Part shown: positions 30,653 to 40,548 of the stretch, one piece after another
Layout of the letters: every line of letters starts with the position of its first letter
How positions within the stretch are numbered: position 1 is the stretch's first letter
Assembly: GCA_963674745.2 (NCBI GenBank)
Contig: CAXXDV010000001.1
Coordinates: forward strand, 288,001 to 352,000
Source: Desulfosudaceae bacterium
GTDB lineage: Bacteria > Desulfobacterota > Desulfobacteria > Desulfobacterales > Desulfosudaceae
Direction: 5' to 3'
DNA length: 64,000 nt
Notes under the pieces: model-generated
What the model was told of the DNA's origin: nothing
Database searches by the model: none
The model's input: only the letters and a program-made list of their open reading frames with translations
Position numbers and translations under genes: made by a program

Positions 30653-31228
30653 TTACTCACCCTTTTTCATCTCTGCGTCCGGGTGTACCCGAAACGTATG
30701 AGAACTGTGGGGAAAAATCTTTTTAACTTTGATGTTGTCCCCCTTGGGCGGCAGTTTTTTATCCTTGACCAGGACAAACTCATCCATACCATCGACACGC
30801 ATATGGCATTCCCAGCAGTTTCTGCCAAGGCTCTCACCCTCCCGGTCCGTATGACATCTTAAGCAGACATCATTGCCGCTGGTTTCCATCCATTTTTCGT
30901 GGCCGTCATAATAACCAAGATGATAGAAACTGCGTTCCTTGGATTCGTACTTGTTAGCCTGGGCTTTGCCGGGCACATGACATTCCAGGCAACTCATATC
31001 TTCATGCGACGAACCTGAGAGCTCGTCATAAATTCTGGGCACATTATGGCAGACCGCACAATCCTTTGTATCAGGAAGAACTCCCGGCTCAGGGCCTTTA
31101 ACAGGGCCCGCACACTTTTCACTCATAGCAAAGGCTTTCGGGTCGGCGCTATTGGATTGATCTTGTCCAAAAACAAAAAGAGATCCCGTAAAAAAGAATA
31201 CCAGCGTAATCAAAACCATTCGTTTCAT
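30653..31228 (-). CDS. Periplasmic tetraheme cytochrome c
   Basis: Signal peptide and four CxxCH motifs (CAVCH, CLECH, CLRCH, CWECH). Confidence 0.88.
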   Translation of the reverse strand: MKRMVLITLVFFFTGSLFVFGQDQSNSADPKAFAMSEKCAGPVKGPEPGVLPDTKDCAVCHNVPRIYDELSGSSHEDMSCLECHVPGKAQANKYESKERSFYHLGYYDGHEKWMETSGNDVCLRCHTDREGESLGRNCWECHMRVDGMDEFVLVKDKKLPPKGDNIKVKKIFPHSSHTFRVHPDAEMKKGE

Positions 31229-31321
31229 GTTTTTGCTCCTGTTGATTGCGTTTAAATGTTAATTATTGCGTCACTATTTAAACCCTTAAACGGGCACTTA
31301 CAATAGTTTATCCGGCACGAC

Positions 31322-32674
31322 TCAACACCGCCGTTTATGAATGATGGCTTCGGCCGCCTTGACCAGGGGCGGGATGATAGGCGTCGCTGTCAGCAACGGA
31401 TGGGTACCGATTTGCGAGGTAAACAGGGCGTCCACGGACATCCTGTTCTGGACGATAAACCCGATCATGTTGGTCAGCTCACCGACCGATTTCCCACCCA
31501 TTACCTCACCGCCCAAAATAATGCCAGACTCCCTGGAAACAATCAATTTAATAATCAGTTTGTGGGTATCCGCCAATGTCCCCGGATGGCGGTCAACACC
31601 TTCAAAGGTGGCGGTTACGATATCAAATCCCCGTTCCCTGGCCAGGCCCTCCGTCACCCCTGCCGCCCCAAAACCGTCTTCACCGAGACAGGTGCAAAAA
31701 ATTGAAATGGTTCCGCCGAACATGCGGACCGTGGACACTTTATACAGATTCGTGCCCGCGATTCTTGCTTCCGCGCAAGCCGTCGAGGCCAGCATGGTCG
31801 GTTTAATGGTACGGGTGACAAAGCTGGTTTTCTGAGCGCAGTCACCGACCGCGAAAATATTCGGGTTTTCCGTGCGCATGTATTCATTGACGACGATAAA
31901 CCCCATTTTATTGACCTGCAGTCCGGCCTGCCGGGCCAGAGCGGAGTTGGGACGATACCCGACCGAAAGGATAACAGCATCCGCTTCCAGCACCTCGCCA
32001 TTTTCCAGGGTGACACCCGTTACCTTGTCATCGCCGTTTACGGCCTTGACGCTGATACCGGTTTTCACCTTCACGCCCCTGCTCTTGAGGACATCTTCAG
32101 CCATGACGGCAAACTCCTCATCAAAGGCCAGGCTTAACACATGGGGCAACAATTCCACCAGGGTGACATCTTTACCGGATTTGCAGAGTTCATCAGCCAT
32201 TTCAACGCCGATAAAACCGCCGCCGATCACGATAATCTTCTGAATTTCTTCCAGGCGTTCGATAAACTGATCCAGGTATTGTTTGTCCTTGGGAATCATA
32301 AAAACATTCTTCAGGTCAGCCCCTTTTAACCATCCCGGCATAATCGGCGTAGACCCGGTGGCCAGCACCAGTTTTTCAAAACCGATCTCTGTCCCGTCGG
32401 CCGTCAGGCAAACATTTCGATCAGCGTCAATAGAGGTAATTTCGGCTATCTTGAGCGTTACATCGGCTTTGGACAGAAGCGCGTCAGGAATCACGTTCTG
32501 GTCGCTTTTGCCTTTCAATTCTCCGAATACATATGGAATTCCGCAGGGTACCAGCACGATGGATTCCTTGCGGACAACCGTAACGGCCTTGTCCGGATAA
32601 AACGATTTTGCCGTGATGGCCGCCACAATTCCCGCCGCGCTGCCGCCGATGACCAGGACATCTGTCTTTTCCAT
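31322..32674 (-). CDS. Flavin-disulfide oxidoreductase (CoA-disulfide reductase/NADH oxidase family)
   Basis: GGSAAG, single redox Cys PCGIPY, GGGFIGVE, FAVGDC. Confidence 0.92.
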   Translation of the reverse strand: MEKTDVLVIGGSAAGIVAAITAKSFYPDKAVTVVRKESIVLVPCGIPYVFGELKGKSDQNVIPDALLSKADVTLKIAEITSIDADRNVCLTADGTEIGFEKLVLATGSTPIMPGWLKGADLKNVFMIPKDKQYLDQFIERLEEIQKIIVIGGGFIGVEMADELCKSGKDVTLVELLPHVLSLAFDEEFAVMAEDVLKSRGVKVKTGISVKAVNGDDKVTGVTLENGEVLEADAVILSVGYRPNSALARQAGLQVNKMGFIVVNEYMRTENPNIFAVGDCAQKTSFVTRTIKPTMLASTACAEARIAGTNLYKVSTVRMFGGTISIFCTCLGEDGFGAAGVTEGLARERGFDIVTATFEGVDRHPGTLADTHKLIIKLIVSRESGIILGGEVMGGKSVGELTNMIGFIVQNRMSVDALFTSQIGTHPLLTATPIIPPLVKAAEAIIHKRRC

Positions 32675-32705
32675 TATCTGTTTCCTTTTTATTTGTGATT
32701 ACTAT

Positions 32706-33371
32706 TTATGCGTCTGTTTGAGCGATCAGTTTGTTCAGTTGATCCAGCAGCAATAATTTCAACCGGTCCAGTGTCGCGGGCCAGGCCTGCATGGGAATGC
32801 CCATCCAGTCACAGTATTCCAAAAAGTCCTCGGGGCTTTCCGCCATGTACTGATCCAGGTAACCGAGACTGTCTAAAACAATGGCACCACCGGTATGCTG
32901 GGGGAAATTTTCATTGGCCAGACCTTTATCCCAGCCCTTGAAAACCAGTTTCCGGAACCGGATCCAGCCGGGGGTCATCCACCAGACCTTTTCACCACCC
33001 GCCAGTTCCGCCGCGATTTGTTCCTGCTCGGCCTCGTCGGCAATCATATTCATGCAATGGGTGGCGTCAATTCTGACCACGCCCGGCCCCTGCTCTTCGA
33101 TAATGGTCTGCATGGTCCTCAAAGGATCGTCCGCATTCACATAACAGAACTTGCCGCCGTAAACGACAATCACTTTATCGACTTTTTCCCGGGCCTTATT
33201 AATTCTGTCTACGAGCTGGCGTTCCAGTTCATGGACGTCCTGATGAAGTCCGGGTGTGGTAAAATAAATATGTTCCGTGTCCAGAAAGCCTTCTTCCCGT
33301 AGTTGTTCAAGCTCCATTCGCATGGTTCCGCATGCGACAATGGCAACTTCTGAAAATGACTGGTTTTCCAT
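32706..33371 (-). CDS. DUF1638-like protein (corrinoid-system associated)
   Basis: IVACG...PGLH...YGGKFC...HCMNM...MTPGW pattern; adjacent to the ASKHA activator. Confidence 0.78.
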   Translation of the reverse strand: MENQSFSEVAIVACGTMRMELEQLREEGFLDTEHIYFTTPGLHQDVHELERQLVDRINKAREKVDKVIVVYGGKFCYVNADDPLRTMQTIIEEQGPGVVRIDATHCMNMIADEAEQEQIAAELAGGEKVWWMTPGWIRFRKLVFKGWDKGLANENFPQHTGGAIVLDSLGYLDQYMAESPEDFLEYCDWMGIPMQAWPATLDRLKLLLLDQLNKLIAQTDA

Positions 33372-33422
33372 GTATTGTCCTCTGTTTTATATTACGTTTT
33401 CAAATCCTAAAATGTGTTTGAA

Positions 33423-33468
33423 TTGCCGGCGAGCCGTGCGCTGCTGAATACACACGACCCGCCGGCAA
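33423..33468. terminator. Intergenic stem-loop
   Basis: TTGCCGGCG...CGCCGGCAA arms with an inner CGTG/CACG pair. Confidence 0.5.
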
Positions 33469-33520
33469 TGGAAAAAGGAAGATATAAATGGAGGTATGCC
33501 AAGCTTCCTTTAACACGCGC

Positions 33521-35605
33521 TTAAAATTTCCCCTTCATGCTTGGGAAATCTTCCATATTGGTATGCGGTAAGAACAGTGCCGAGACGAACTCATCCATAA
33601 ACCGGTTATTGCTGGAAAAGTCGATATAGGTCATATTGTTTGAGATTTCGAGCGCCTCTTTCCGGTTCTGTTCGGACAACAGGGCCATGTAGGCACCAGC
33701 TATGGAACTGTTACCCTTGTAAAAAAACTTTTCCCGGTCAACGTCCGGCAGCAGACCGATGGATACGGCTTTGTTCAGATCGAGATACTGGCCGAAACCA
33801 CCGGTTATGATAATCCGGTCCACCATTGAAAAATCCATGCCCGCTTGATCCAGCAGGACTTTAAAGCCGGCGTATACGGCTCCTTTACTGCGGATGATGT
33901 TGTCGATATCCGATTCCATGAACAGGATGTCCCGGCCCACGGAGGTCTCATCGGCCAGAGCCACAATATAGGCTTTTTCATCACCGTCCCGGGTAATCCT
34001 GGGATGATTTTCATCGGCCTGTATTTTGCCATTCTGCTGAATAATGCCGACCTTAAGCATTTCCGAAATCAGATCGATCATTCCGGACCCGCAGATACCG
34101 CGCGGCGGCAGGTCACCGACAACCGTCAAGTCGGGAACAAACGTTTCCGAATCGATTACAACGTTTTCAATGGCACCTTCTTCGGCCCGCATCCCCCAAC
34201 GGACCCCGCCGCCTTCAAAGGCAGGCCCGGCCGAACAAGAAGCGGTCATCAGCCAGTCCTTGTTCCCCAGGACGATTTCTCCGTTAGTTCCCACATCGAT
34301 AAACAGGGTCACAGGGTCTTCCCGGTGAAAACCGGTGTAGATTAGCCCGGAAACAATATCACCACCCACATAACTGGCAGGCCCGGGCATAACAAACACG
34401 GCTGCTGAAGAATTGACCTTCAGGCCGACGTTGCCAGCCTTTAATACAGGAAAAGCCGAAACAGAAGAAACATAGGGGTCTCGCCGGATATGGCGCGGTT
34501 CGATCTGAAGCAGCAGATGTACCATGGTCGTATTGCCGGAAAGCACCACATTATCGACCTGCTCACGCTTTACACCGGCACTGTCAATGGCCTCATTGAT
34601 CAGGCCGTTAATCGTAGCCAGTCCCATACGGCTGAGTTTTTTGACCCCGTCTTTTTCCGCGCAGACAATCCGGTTGATGACATCGTCTCCGCAGGCGGCC
34701 TGCCGATTATGTCCTGAAGTCGCGGCCAGAATGGTCCCGTCCGTCATATCCACCAGGTAAACCACAATGGATGTTGTCCCGATATCAACGGCTAGTCCCA
34801 GGGAACGATCTCCTTCATTGCCGGGCAGCACACCGACGATTTCCGAAGAACAACGCTTTTGCGTCACCAGGGCAGTCACCTTCCAGTCTTCATTGCGCAT
34901 GGCTTCGGCCAGTTGCCGCATAACGTTCAAGCCGATACTCATCCGGCTGACATCGCATCCGGCCCGGGATAGCCCCCGCAAAAGCCGGTCCAGATCGCTG
35001 ATCGAGTCATCCAGGGTGGGCGGGTTCATCTCAAGCGGAATATGCCTCAACATGGGGGAAATACCTTTGACCAGACCCTGTAGACGATCCGTTTCCGCCT
35101 TTCCCATGCCGGCAATCTTGAGCTTCTTTTCCAGTGTTTCCTCGGGAATCCGAACCGTCACATCACCATGGACCGTGGTTTGACAGGCCAGCACATAATT
35201 CTTTGCTTTTTCTTCATCGCTTAACAGGGGGGTTTCGGTTTTTTTCACATCCCCGGACTCCAGGACCAGTTTGCATTTACCGCAGGACCCTTTTCCATTA
35301 CAGGAGGCATTGATAGGGACATCCCCGGCCACGGCCGCTGTCAGAAGCGTTTGTCCATCCGAAACAACAACCTCTTTATTATCCGGCAGAAACAGCACCC
35401 GGTGCTGATCTGAGCCGGCCGTTACGGCAGTATCGTCGATTCCCTTGCCGCCCCTTTTTTCCATAAACCAGATAGGGCAGGAAGAACGGAATTTACAGTG
35501 CAAATTCGGGTCCCGACATTTCAGACAGTCTTCGCATAAATAGACATTATGCTTCATACACAAAAAACTGGTCTCACGATCCGGATGATTGATACATTTT
35601 CCCAT
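33521..35605 (-). CDS. RACo/ASKHA ATP-dependent reductive activator of corrinoid proteins, with 2Fe-2S domain and extra Cys/His-rich N-terminus
   Basis: CNGKGSCGKC...LACQ; AVDIGTT, IDVGTNGE, SAGPAFEGG, GICGSG. Confidence 0.92.
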   Translation of the reverse strand: MGKCINHPDRETSFLCMKHNVYLCEDCLKCRDPNLHCKFRSSCPIWFMEKRGGKGIDDTAVTAGSDQHRVLFLPDNKEVVVSDGQTLLTAAVAGDVPINASCNGKGSCGKCKLVLESGDVKKTETPLLSDEEKAKNYVLACQTTVHGDVTVRIPEETLEKKLKIAGMGKAETDRLQGLVKGISPMLRHIPLEMNPPTLDDSISDLDRLLRGLSRAGCDVSRMSIGLNVMRQLAEAMRNEDWKVTALVTQKRCSSEIVGVLPGNEGDRSLGLAVDIGTTSIVVYLVDMTDGTILAATSGHNRQAACGDDVINRIVCAEKDGVKKLSRMGLATINGLINEAIDSAGVKREQVDNVVLSGNTTMVHLLLQIEPRHIRRDPYVSSVSAFPVLKAGNVGLKVNSSAAVFVMPGPASYVGGDIVSGLIYTGFHREDPVTLFIDVGTNGEIVLGNKDWLMTASCSAGPAFEGGGVRWGMRAEEGAIENVVIDSETFVPDLTVVGDLPPRGICGSGMIDLISEMLKVGIIQQNGKIQADENHPRITRDGDEKAYIVALADETSVGRDILFMESDIDNIIRSKGAVYAGFKVLLDQAGMDFSMVDRIIITGGFGQYLDLNKAVSIGLLPDVDREKFFYKGNSSIAGAYMALLSEQNRKEALEISNNMTYIDFSSNNRFMDEFVSALFLPHTNMEDFPSMKGKF

Positions 35606-35631
35606 TATTATTTATATCCTTAATATTTAAT

Positions 35632-35952
35632 TTAATTGACCAGTCGCGCCAGGGCGCCGGCCAGCGCGATTTCCGGCTGCAGGCCGACAAACCGCTGAAC
35701 TTCCTTACCGCTTTTAAAAACAATCAGCGTCGGAATACTGTGAATGCCCAACCCACTGGCAATGTCCGGGTGATTATCAATGTTGACTGTCGACACCTTG
35801 ACCCGTCCATCAAACCGGTCCGCGATTTTCTCCAGAATCGGTTCCTGCAAACGGCACGGCGTGCACCATGGCGCATTAAAGTCAACCAGGCTGGTGCCCT
35901 TTCCGGTTGCCGCATCAAGTTCCGTTTGAGAAGTGATCGTTAACAATGCCAT
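35632..35952 (-). CDS. Thioredoxin
   Basis: DFNAPWCTPC, SIPTLIVFK. Confidence 0.93.
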   Translation of the reverse strand: MALLTITSQTELDAATGKGTSLVDFNAPWCTPCRLQEPILEKIADRFDGRVKVSTVNIDNHPDIASGLGIHSIPTLIVFKSGKEVQRFVGLQPEIALAGALARLVN

Positions 35953-35998
35953 TTTCTTTTCTTGATAATTTCTTGCAAATCGTTACAGTTAAATCCTT

Positions 35999-36014
35999 TA
36001 CAAAGAGCATGCCA
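35999..36014 (-). promoter_or_regulatory. Putative sigma54 (-24/-12) promoter
   Basis: Minus strand TGGCATG-CTCT-TTGTA versus consensus TGGCACG-N4-TTGCW; 46 nt upstream of the trx ATG. Confidence 0.6.
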
Positions 36015-36103
36015 AACGATAAAAATTGTCCTCTTTTATATTCAACTATTTAAATTTATTTACAATATTGTCAATATCAGGGAGATTGGCTGACAGCCAG
36101 AAG

Positions 36104-36144
36104 AGCGCTACTTACGCCATTGGTAGCGCTACAGTGGCGCCACT
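36104..36144. promoter_or_regulatory. Clustered palindromes, candidate enhancer (bEBP) sites
   Basis: AGCGCTAC-N11-GTAGCGCT; perfect palindromes GTAGCGCTAC and AGTGGCGCCACT. Confidence 0.5.
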
Positions 36145-36184
36145 AATGGTGAAAAAATATGGGGGGATAACTGCGGCGGCTGTT

Positions 36185-37006
36185 TTACTTCATCCTGCCC
36201 ATGATCTGACCGGTTCGCCTGACCGTATCCACGGGGAAGAGCCTTTTCAATAAATCCAGGATATGGGCATCGAGGCCCACCAGCTGGCACTGCCGGTTCT
36301 TTTTCATTCCGGCGATAATCACGCGGGCGGCCTTGTCCGGGCTGGTCCGGGCGACCTTGCCGAACATGTTGACGGTCGCCTCCTGATCCAGGGATGGGTT
36401 GGCGGCCTTGCGAAAACGGGCATTCCTGGCAATATTGGTATCAATACCCCCGGGATGCACCGACATGACCTGCACCGGTGTTCCGGCCAGTTCCATCATC
36501 AGGGTTTCGTTCAGCCCCCGGACAGCGAACTTGGCACAATTATAAGGTCCGTTGTTCCGGAACGGCACCATGGCGTTAATGCTCGAAATGTTGACGATAT
36601 AGCCTTCGGCCTGCTTTTTCAGATAAGGCAGAAAAGCCTTGGTGCCGTAGACCACGCCCCAGAAATTGATGTTCATGACCCATTCAAAGTCATCGTAACT
36701 GACATCCTCGACCGTATCGGCCACCGCAACCCCGGCATTGTTAATAATAATATCCACCCGGCCGTGTCGATCGACCACGTCCCGGGCATATTGTTCCATC
36801 TGGTCACGTTTGGCCACATCCACCACGTGGGTGGTGACGTTCACATCATAGCCGGTCAGCATTTGCGCGGTTTCATTCAAACCCTGCTCGTTGACATCCG
36901 AGACGGCCACATGACAGCCCTCTTTGGCCAGGGTCACGGCCAGCATACGACCGATGCCCGATCCGGCCCCGGTCACCGCGGCGACCTTGTCTTTTAATGT
37001 TTTCAT
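36185..37006 (-). CDS. Short-chain dehydrogenase/reductase
   Basis: TGAGSGIG, NNAG, YNCAK. Confidence 0.94.
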   Translation of the reverse strand: MKTLKDKVAAVTGAGSGIGRMLAVTLAKEGCHVAVSDVNEQGLNETAQMLTGYDVNVTTHVVDVAKRDQMEQYARDVVDRHGRVDIIINNAGVAVADTVEDVSYDDFEWVMNINFWGVVYGTKAFLPYLKKQAEGYIVNISSINAMVPFRNNGPYNCAKFAVRGLNETLMMELAGTPVQVMSVHPGGIDTNIARNARFRKAANPSLDQEATVNMFGKVARTSPDKAARVIIAGMKKNRQCQLVGLDAHILDLLKRLFPVDTVRRTGQIMGRMK

Positions 37007-37063
37007 TTTGCTCCTTAGGGATGACCTTTTATGTTCTTCTCTGATTTTATCGGCACACAGGGT

Positions 37064-37819
37064 TTATGGGGTAGTGGAAAAGCCCGCTTCTTTCATAATC
37101 TTTTTGGCCTTAGCATTTAACCATATTTTCCGAATGATATTGACCGGAAAGACAAGCTTCCAGGTCATTAAAATCGCCCCTTTCCAGGAGGGACGAAATT
37201 TTTCCCCATCTTTGTCAAGATAATAAAAGCCCAGCTCCGCCTGAACGATGAAATCCCGTGTAATGCTGGCCTTTAAATATTTCAGCGCATTGTCCCTGCC
37301 GACCATGACAACTGTTTTATTCCTGAAATGTATACCTGATAAATAATGATGAAGTTTGAGCAACGTGCCGGGGTCGTTCACTTTCGGAAATTGAAACATT
37401 TTTTTGCCCGGCGTCCTGATAAACGCCTGCAGCTGAGAACTGTTGTTGGTACAAAGCTCTTCTCTATCTGAAAATTCCGTAGAGAACTCCACATAACAAA
37501 CTTCCAGTGCCTTGCTTCTCAAAACCGGCACCATTGCCCAAATTTTAAGCGTTGCGTTCTGTAATAGCGCGAACGTTACCTGGACATTCGGCATTAAATC
37601 AGGGATGTCATAATAACCGATAAAATCAAACCCGAGCGCTTCCAGCTCTTTGCGGTAGGCTGCGACCTTGTCCATGCGGGGTTGCGCCAGCTCATTGGGG
37701 AGCACCGGTAATATTTCCGGATCTGTTCGGGCCCACTGCATATACCGGACAAGCACCGGACCCAATAAGACCTGGGATAAGAAAAAAATGACCAGCAGCG
37801 TTAAAAGAAATTCAAGCAT
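37064..37819 (-). CDS. Hypothetical membrane-anchored protein
   Basis: N-terminal hydrophobic helix; GGAGG RBS. Confidence 0.7.
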   Translation of the reverse strand: MLEFLLTLLVIFFLSQVLLGPVLVRYMQWARTDPEILPVLPNELAQPRMDKVAAYRKELEALGFDFIGYYDIPDLMPNVQVTFALLQNATLKIWAMVPVLRSKALEVCYVEFSTEFSDREELCTNNSSQLQAFIRTPGKKMFQFPKVNDPGTLLKLHHYLSGIHFRNKTVVMVGRDNALKYLKASITRDFIVQAELGFYYLDKDGEKFRPSWKGAILMTWKLVFPVNIIRKIWLNAKAKKIMKEAGFSTTP

Positions 37820-37952
37820 CGATGACCTCCAAACAGGACACTCTAATTATTATCGGCCACGGGTATTTAGTCATAGCTTATGATTTGCTGAAAGGTATTA
37901 CTGTGAGCACCATCTGAGCCTTTTGAGGAGCAGCCGATGAAAAGCGGCTGCG

Positions 37953-39002
37953 TTAATCGATCCGGATAGTTTCTTCAGCACCGTCTACGACTTCGCCCAC
38001 CAGGGCCGCGTCTTCGACACCGGCAGCTTTTAAGGCCCCTACCAGGTCCTCCCCCCCGGACCGGTCGACACTGATCAGCAGGCCGCCCGAAGTCTGGGGA
38101 TCGACCAGCACGTCCTGCAGTGAACGGGAGACAGTACCGGAAAAGATCAGCATGGCATCCCGGAACTCCCGGTTTTTGTGCGCACCGGCCGGAATCAGCC
38201 CCATGTCGGCATACGCCAGGGCTTCCTTGATCACCGGTACATCGGCCGCATAAACCCGGATGCCCATAGCCGAGCCCACGACCATTTCTGCCAGATGGCC
38301 CAAAAACCCGAAGCCGGTGATATCCGTACAGGCGCCGACATTAAACTGCGCCATCACTTCCGCCGCCGTCCGGTTGAGTTCGGCCATCTGCCGGCAAACC
38401 CGGTCAACCAGATCCGCCGGAGCCAGCTCCCCCTTGATGGCGGTATTGACGATACCCGTACCCAGCGCCTTGGTCAGCACCAGACGATCCCCGGCACGCA
38501 GCGCTTTCTTGGTCAGCACCCGGTCAGGATGCACAAACCCGGTAACCGACAGCCCGTATTTCAATTCTTCGTCTTCAACGCTGTGGCCGCCGATCAGCAC
38601 AACCCCGGCTTCGGCCATTTTATCGATGCCGCCCTGCAGGATCATGCGCAGCACGGACATATCCATCTTTTGAGCAGGGAATGCCACCAGGTTCATGGCG
38701 GTTTTGGGAACGCCGCCCATGGCGTAAACATCGCTCAAGGCATTGGCGGCCGCGATCTGTCCGAACCAGTAGGGGTCATCGACGATGGGTGTAAAAAAGT
38801 CCACCGTCTGGATCAGGGCCAGATCATCGGAAATTTTATACACGCCGGCGTCATCGGCACGCTCAAGCCCGACCATGACATTTTCATCAGACGGAAACGT
38901 CATACCGCACAAAGCCCTGTCCAGGTCCCCTGGCGCCAGCTTGGACGCTCACCCGGCCCCGGCCACAGTTGCGGTCAGACGGATATCTTTCGTTTTATCC
39001 AT
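37953..39002 (-). CDS. selD: Selenide, water dikinase, selenocysteine-containing (TGA at codon 18)
   Basis: MDKTKDIRLTATVAGAG-TGA(38951-38949)-ASKLAP, then DDAGVY, QTVDFFTPIVDDP, GGHS, DITGFG, DPQTSGGLL. Confidence 0.96.
38921..38933 (-). promoter_or_regulatory. SECIS-like hairpin of selD
   Basis: CCAGG-GGA-CCTGG beginning 15 nt after the in-frame UGA. Confidence 0.7.
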
Positions 39003-39075
39003 GGAAATCACCTTTATTAAACCCTCTGCTGATGTTTGTAGCTTGGAAGGGGCAATCAGGTCAAATGGAAATCAA

Positions 39076-40524
39076 TCACACCTCAAATGACGCCAACTTC
39101 AACGAATCCTGATCGAAATAAGTAATGTGAACTTGATAGGTATTCAGATCGATAGCCGCCGTTACCTTAAAAGGTTCTTTGACCCAGGTCAACGCGAGCT
39201 GATCTTCAGCCGAATCTTCAATGACCAGTTCCCCGTCAAAAGCGGGATAGCTGCTCCTGAACGCCATCAGACGGATCAGCCGCCTGACCACATCCTTTTC
39301 CACCTCTTCAGCGATTTCATCCAGGGTGTAATTGTGGCGATTGATGTCGCGGCCGTTTCGGGTCTCTTCCACCAGCGACACGTCGTTTTCACCGGCCAGC
39401 AACCCCACGTAATAGACCTGCGGGACACCCGGCGTGAAAAACTGAATGGTTCGCGCCGCCAGATAGGAGTCGTCGTTACACTCCAGAGCCGAATAATAAG
39501 TACAGTTGACCTGGTAAATATCGAGATTATTATAATCCGCGCTGGAATAAATCGGCTTGATGTTTGACCCTTTTTCATACAGGCCGTTAACGGTCAGGTC
39601 GATTTCCTCCGGAGACATCAGATCAGCCACATCGACCACGCCCATGCCGTCATGGGTATCCAGGGTGGTAAACTGTTTGCGGGGGCAGATTTTGAGCCAA
39701 TCAATCAGCCGTTTGTTGGTATGGTGATAAAGCGTGTGCAGCACCAGCATGGGCAGCGCGAAATCATAACACCAGTATCCCTTTTCCGCCAGTTTCAGCT
39801 GGTATGAGTAATGTTCATGGACTTCAGGCAGCAGGCGGGTATTAAAAGGGGACACAAAACCGTTCAGCATTTCCAGCACCTCCCAGACGTCCGGCTCCAG
39901 AAAAAAACAATTGGTTCCCAGCTTAACGGTGGTGTAGGCAAAGGCGTCCATACGGATGAATTCCGGTTTCTTGCGGGCCAGAAAGATCAGAAAATCCCGG
40001 AACAACTCCCGGGTGACCGGGGAATTTATGTCGATATCGATCTGCTCATAATCAAACGTGGCCCAGATCAGTTCCTTGGAGCCATCGGGGCGTTCGATAA
40101 ACTGATAGGGGTGGGACGGTTTTCGGGTGTACACTTTTTCAAGATCCGCTTCGCTGACGTTGCCGCCCGGCGCCAGCTTATTAAAGCTTAAAAACATGTC
40201 GGCATATTCGGACTTGTCCCCCTGATTGATATAATCAACAAAATATTTTGACTGCCGGGAAATATGGTTGACCATAAAGTCGATGGTGATATCAAAATCT
40301 TCCTGGATCATTTCAAGGTCACGCCAGGTCCCAAAAGACGGGTCCACTTCATAGTAAGTAATCGGCGAAAAACCCCGATCGGCGGACGAAGGGTAAAAAG
40401 GCAGAATATGAACTCCGCCCACGGCGTCCGCGAAATAACGCCTTAACACATAATGAAGTTCCTGGAGATTCTTTCCCAGGCTGTCCGGATAACTGATCAC
40501 CTGAATTTTGTTGGGTATACGCAT
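39076..40524 (-). CDS. gtfA: Sucrose phosphorylase (GH13_18)
   Basis: HILPFYPSSADRGF, RMDAFAY, LPEVHEHY, TLDTHDG, YNNLDIYQVN. Confidence 0.9.
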   Translation of the reverse strand: MRIPNKIQVISYPDSLGKNLQELHYVLRRYFADAVGGVHILPFYPSSADRGFSPITYYEVDPSFGTWRDLEMIQEDFDITIDFMVNHISRQSKYFVDYINQGDKSEYADMFLSFNKLAPGGNVSEADLEKVYTRKPSHPYQFIERPDGSKELIWATFDYEQIDIDINSPVTRELFRDFLIFLARKKPEFIRMDAFAYTTVKLGTNCFFLEPDVWEVLEMLNGFVSPFNTRLLPEVHEHYSYQLKLAEKGYWCYDFALPMLVLHTLYHHTNKRLIDWLKICPRKQFTTLDTHDGMGVVDVADLMSPEEIDLTVNGLYEKGSNIKPIYSSADYNNLDIYQVNCTYYSALECNDDSYLAARTIQFFTPGVPQVYYVGLLAGENDVSLVEETRNGRDINRHNYTLDEIAEEVEKDVVRRLIRLMAFRSSYPAFDGELVIEDSAEDQLALTWVKEPFKVTAAIDLNTYQVHITYFDQDSLKLASFEV

Positions 40525-40548
40525 CTTTTATCCTTAATATCATCAAAT

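Noticed and set aside
31298..31327. Flavin-disulfide reductase ends Cys-TGA (possible CU motif)
   Set aside because: Read-through adds only VVPDKLL, no convincing hairpin follows, and the protein is already full length for its family.
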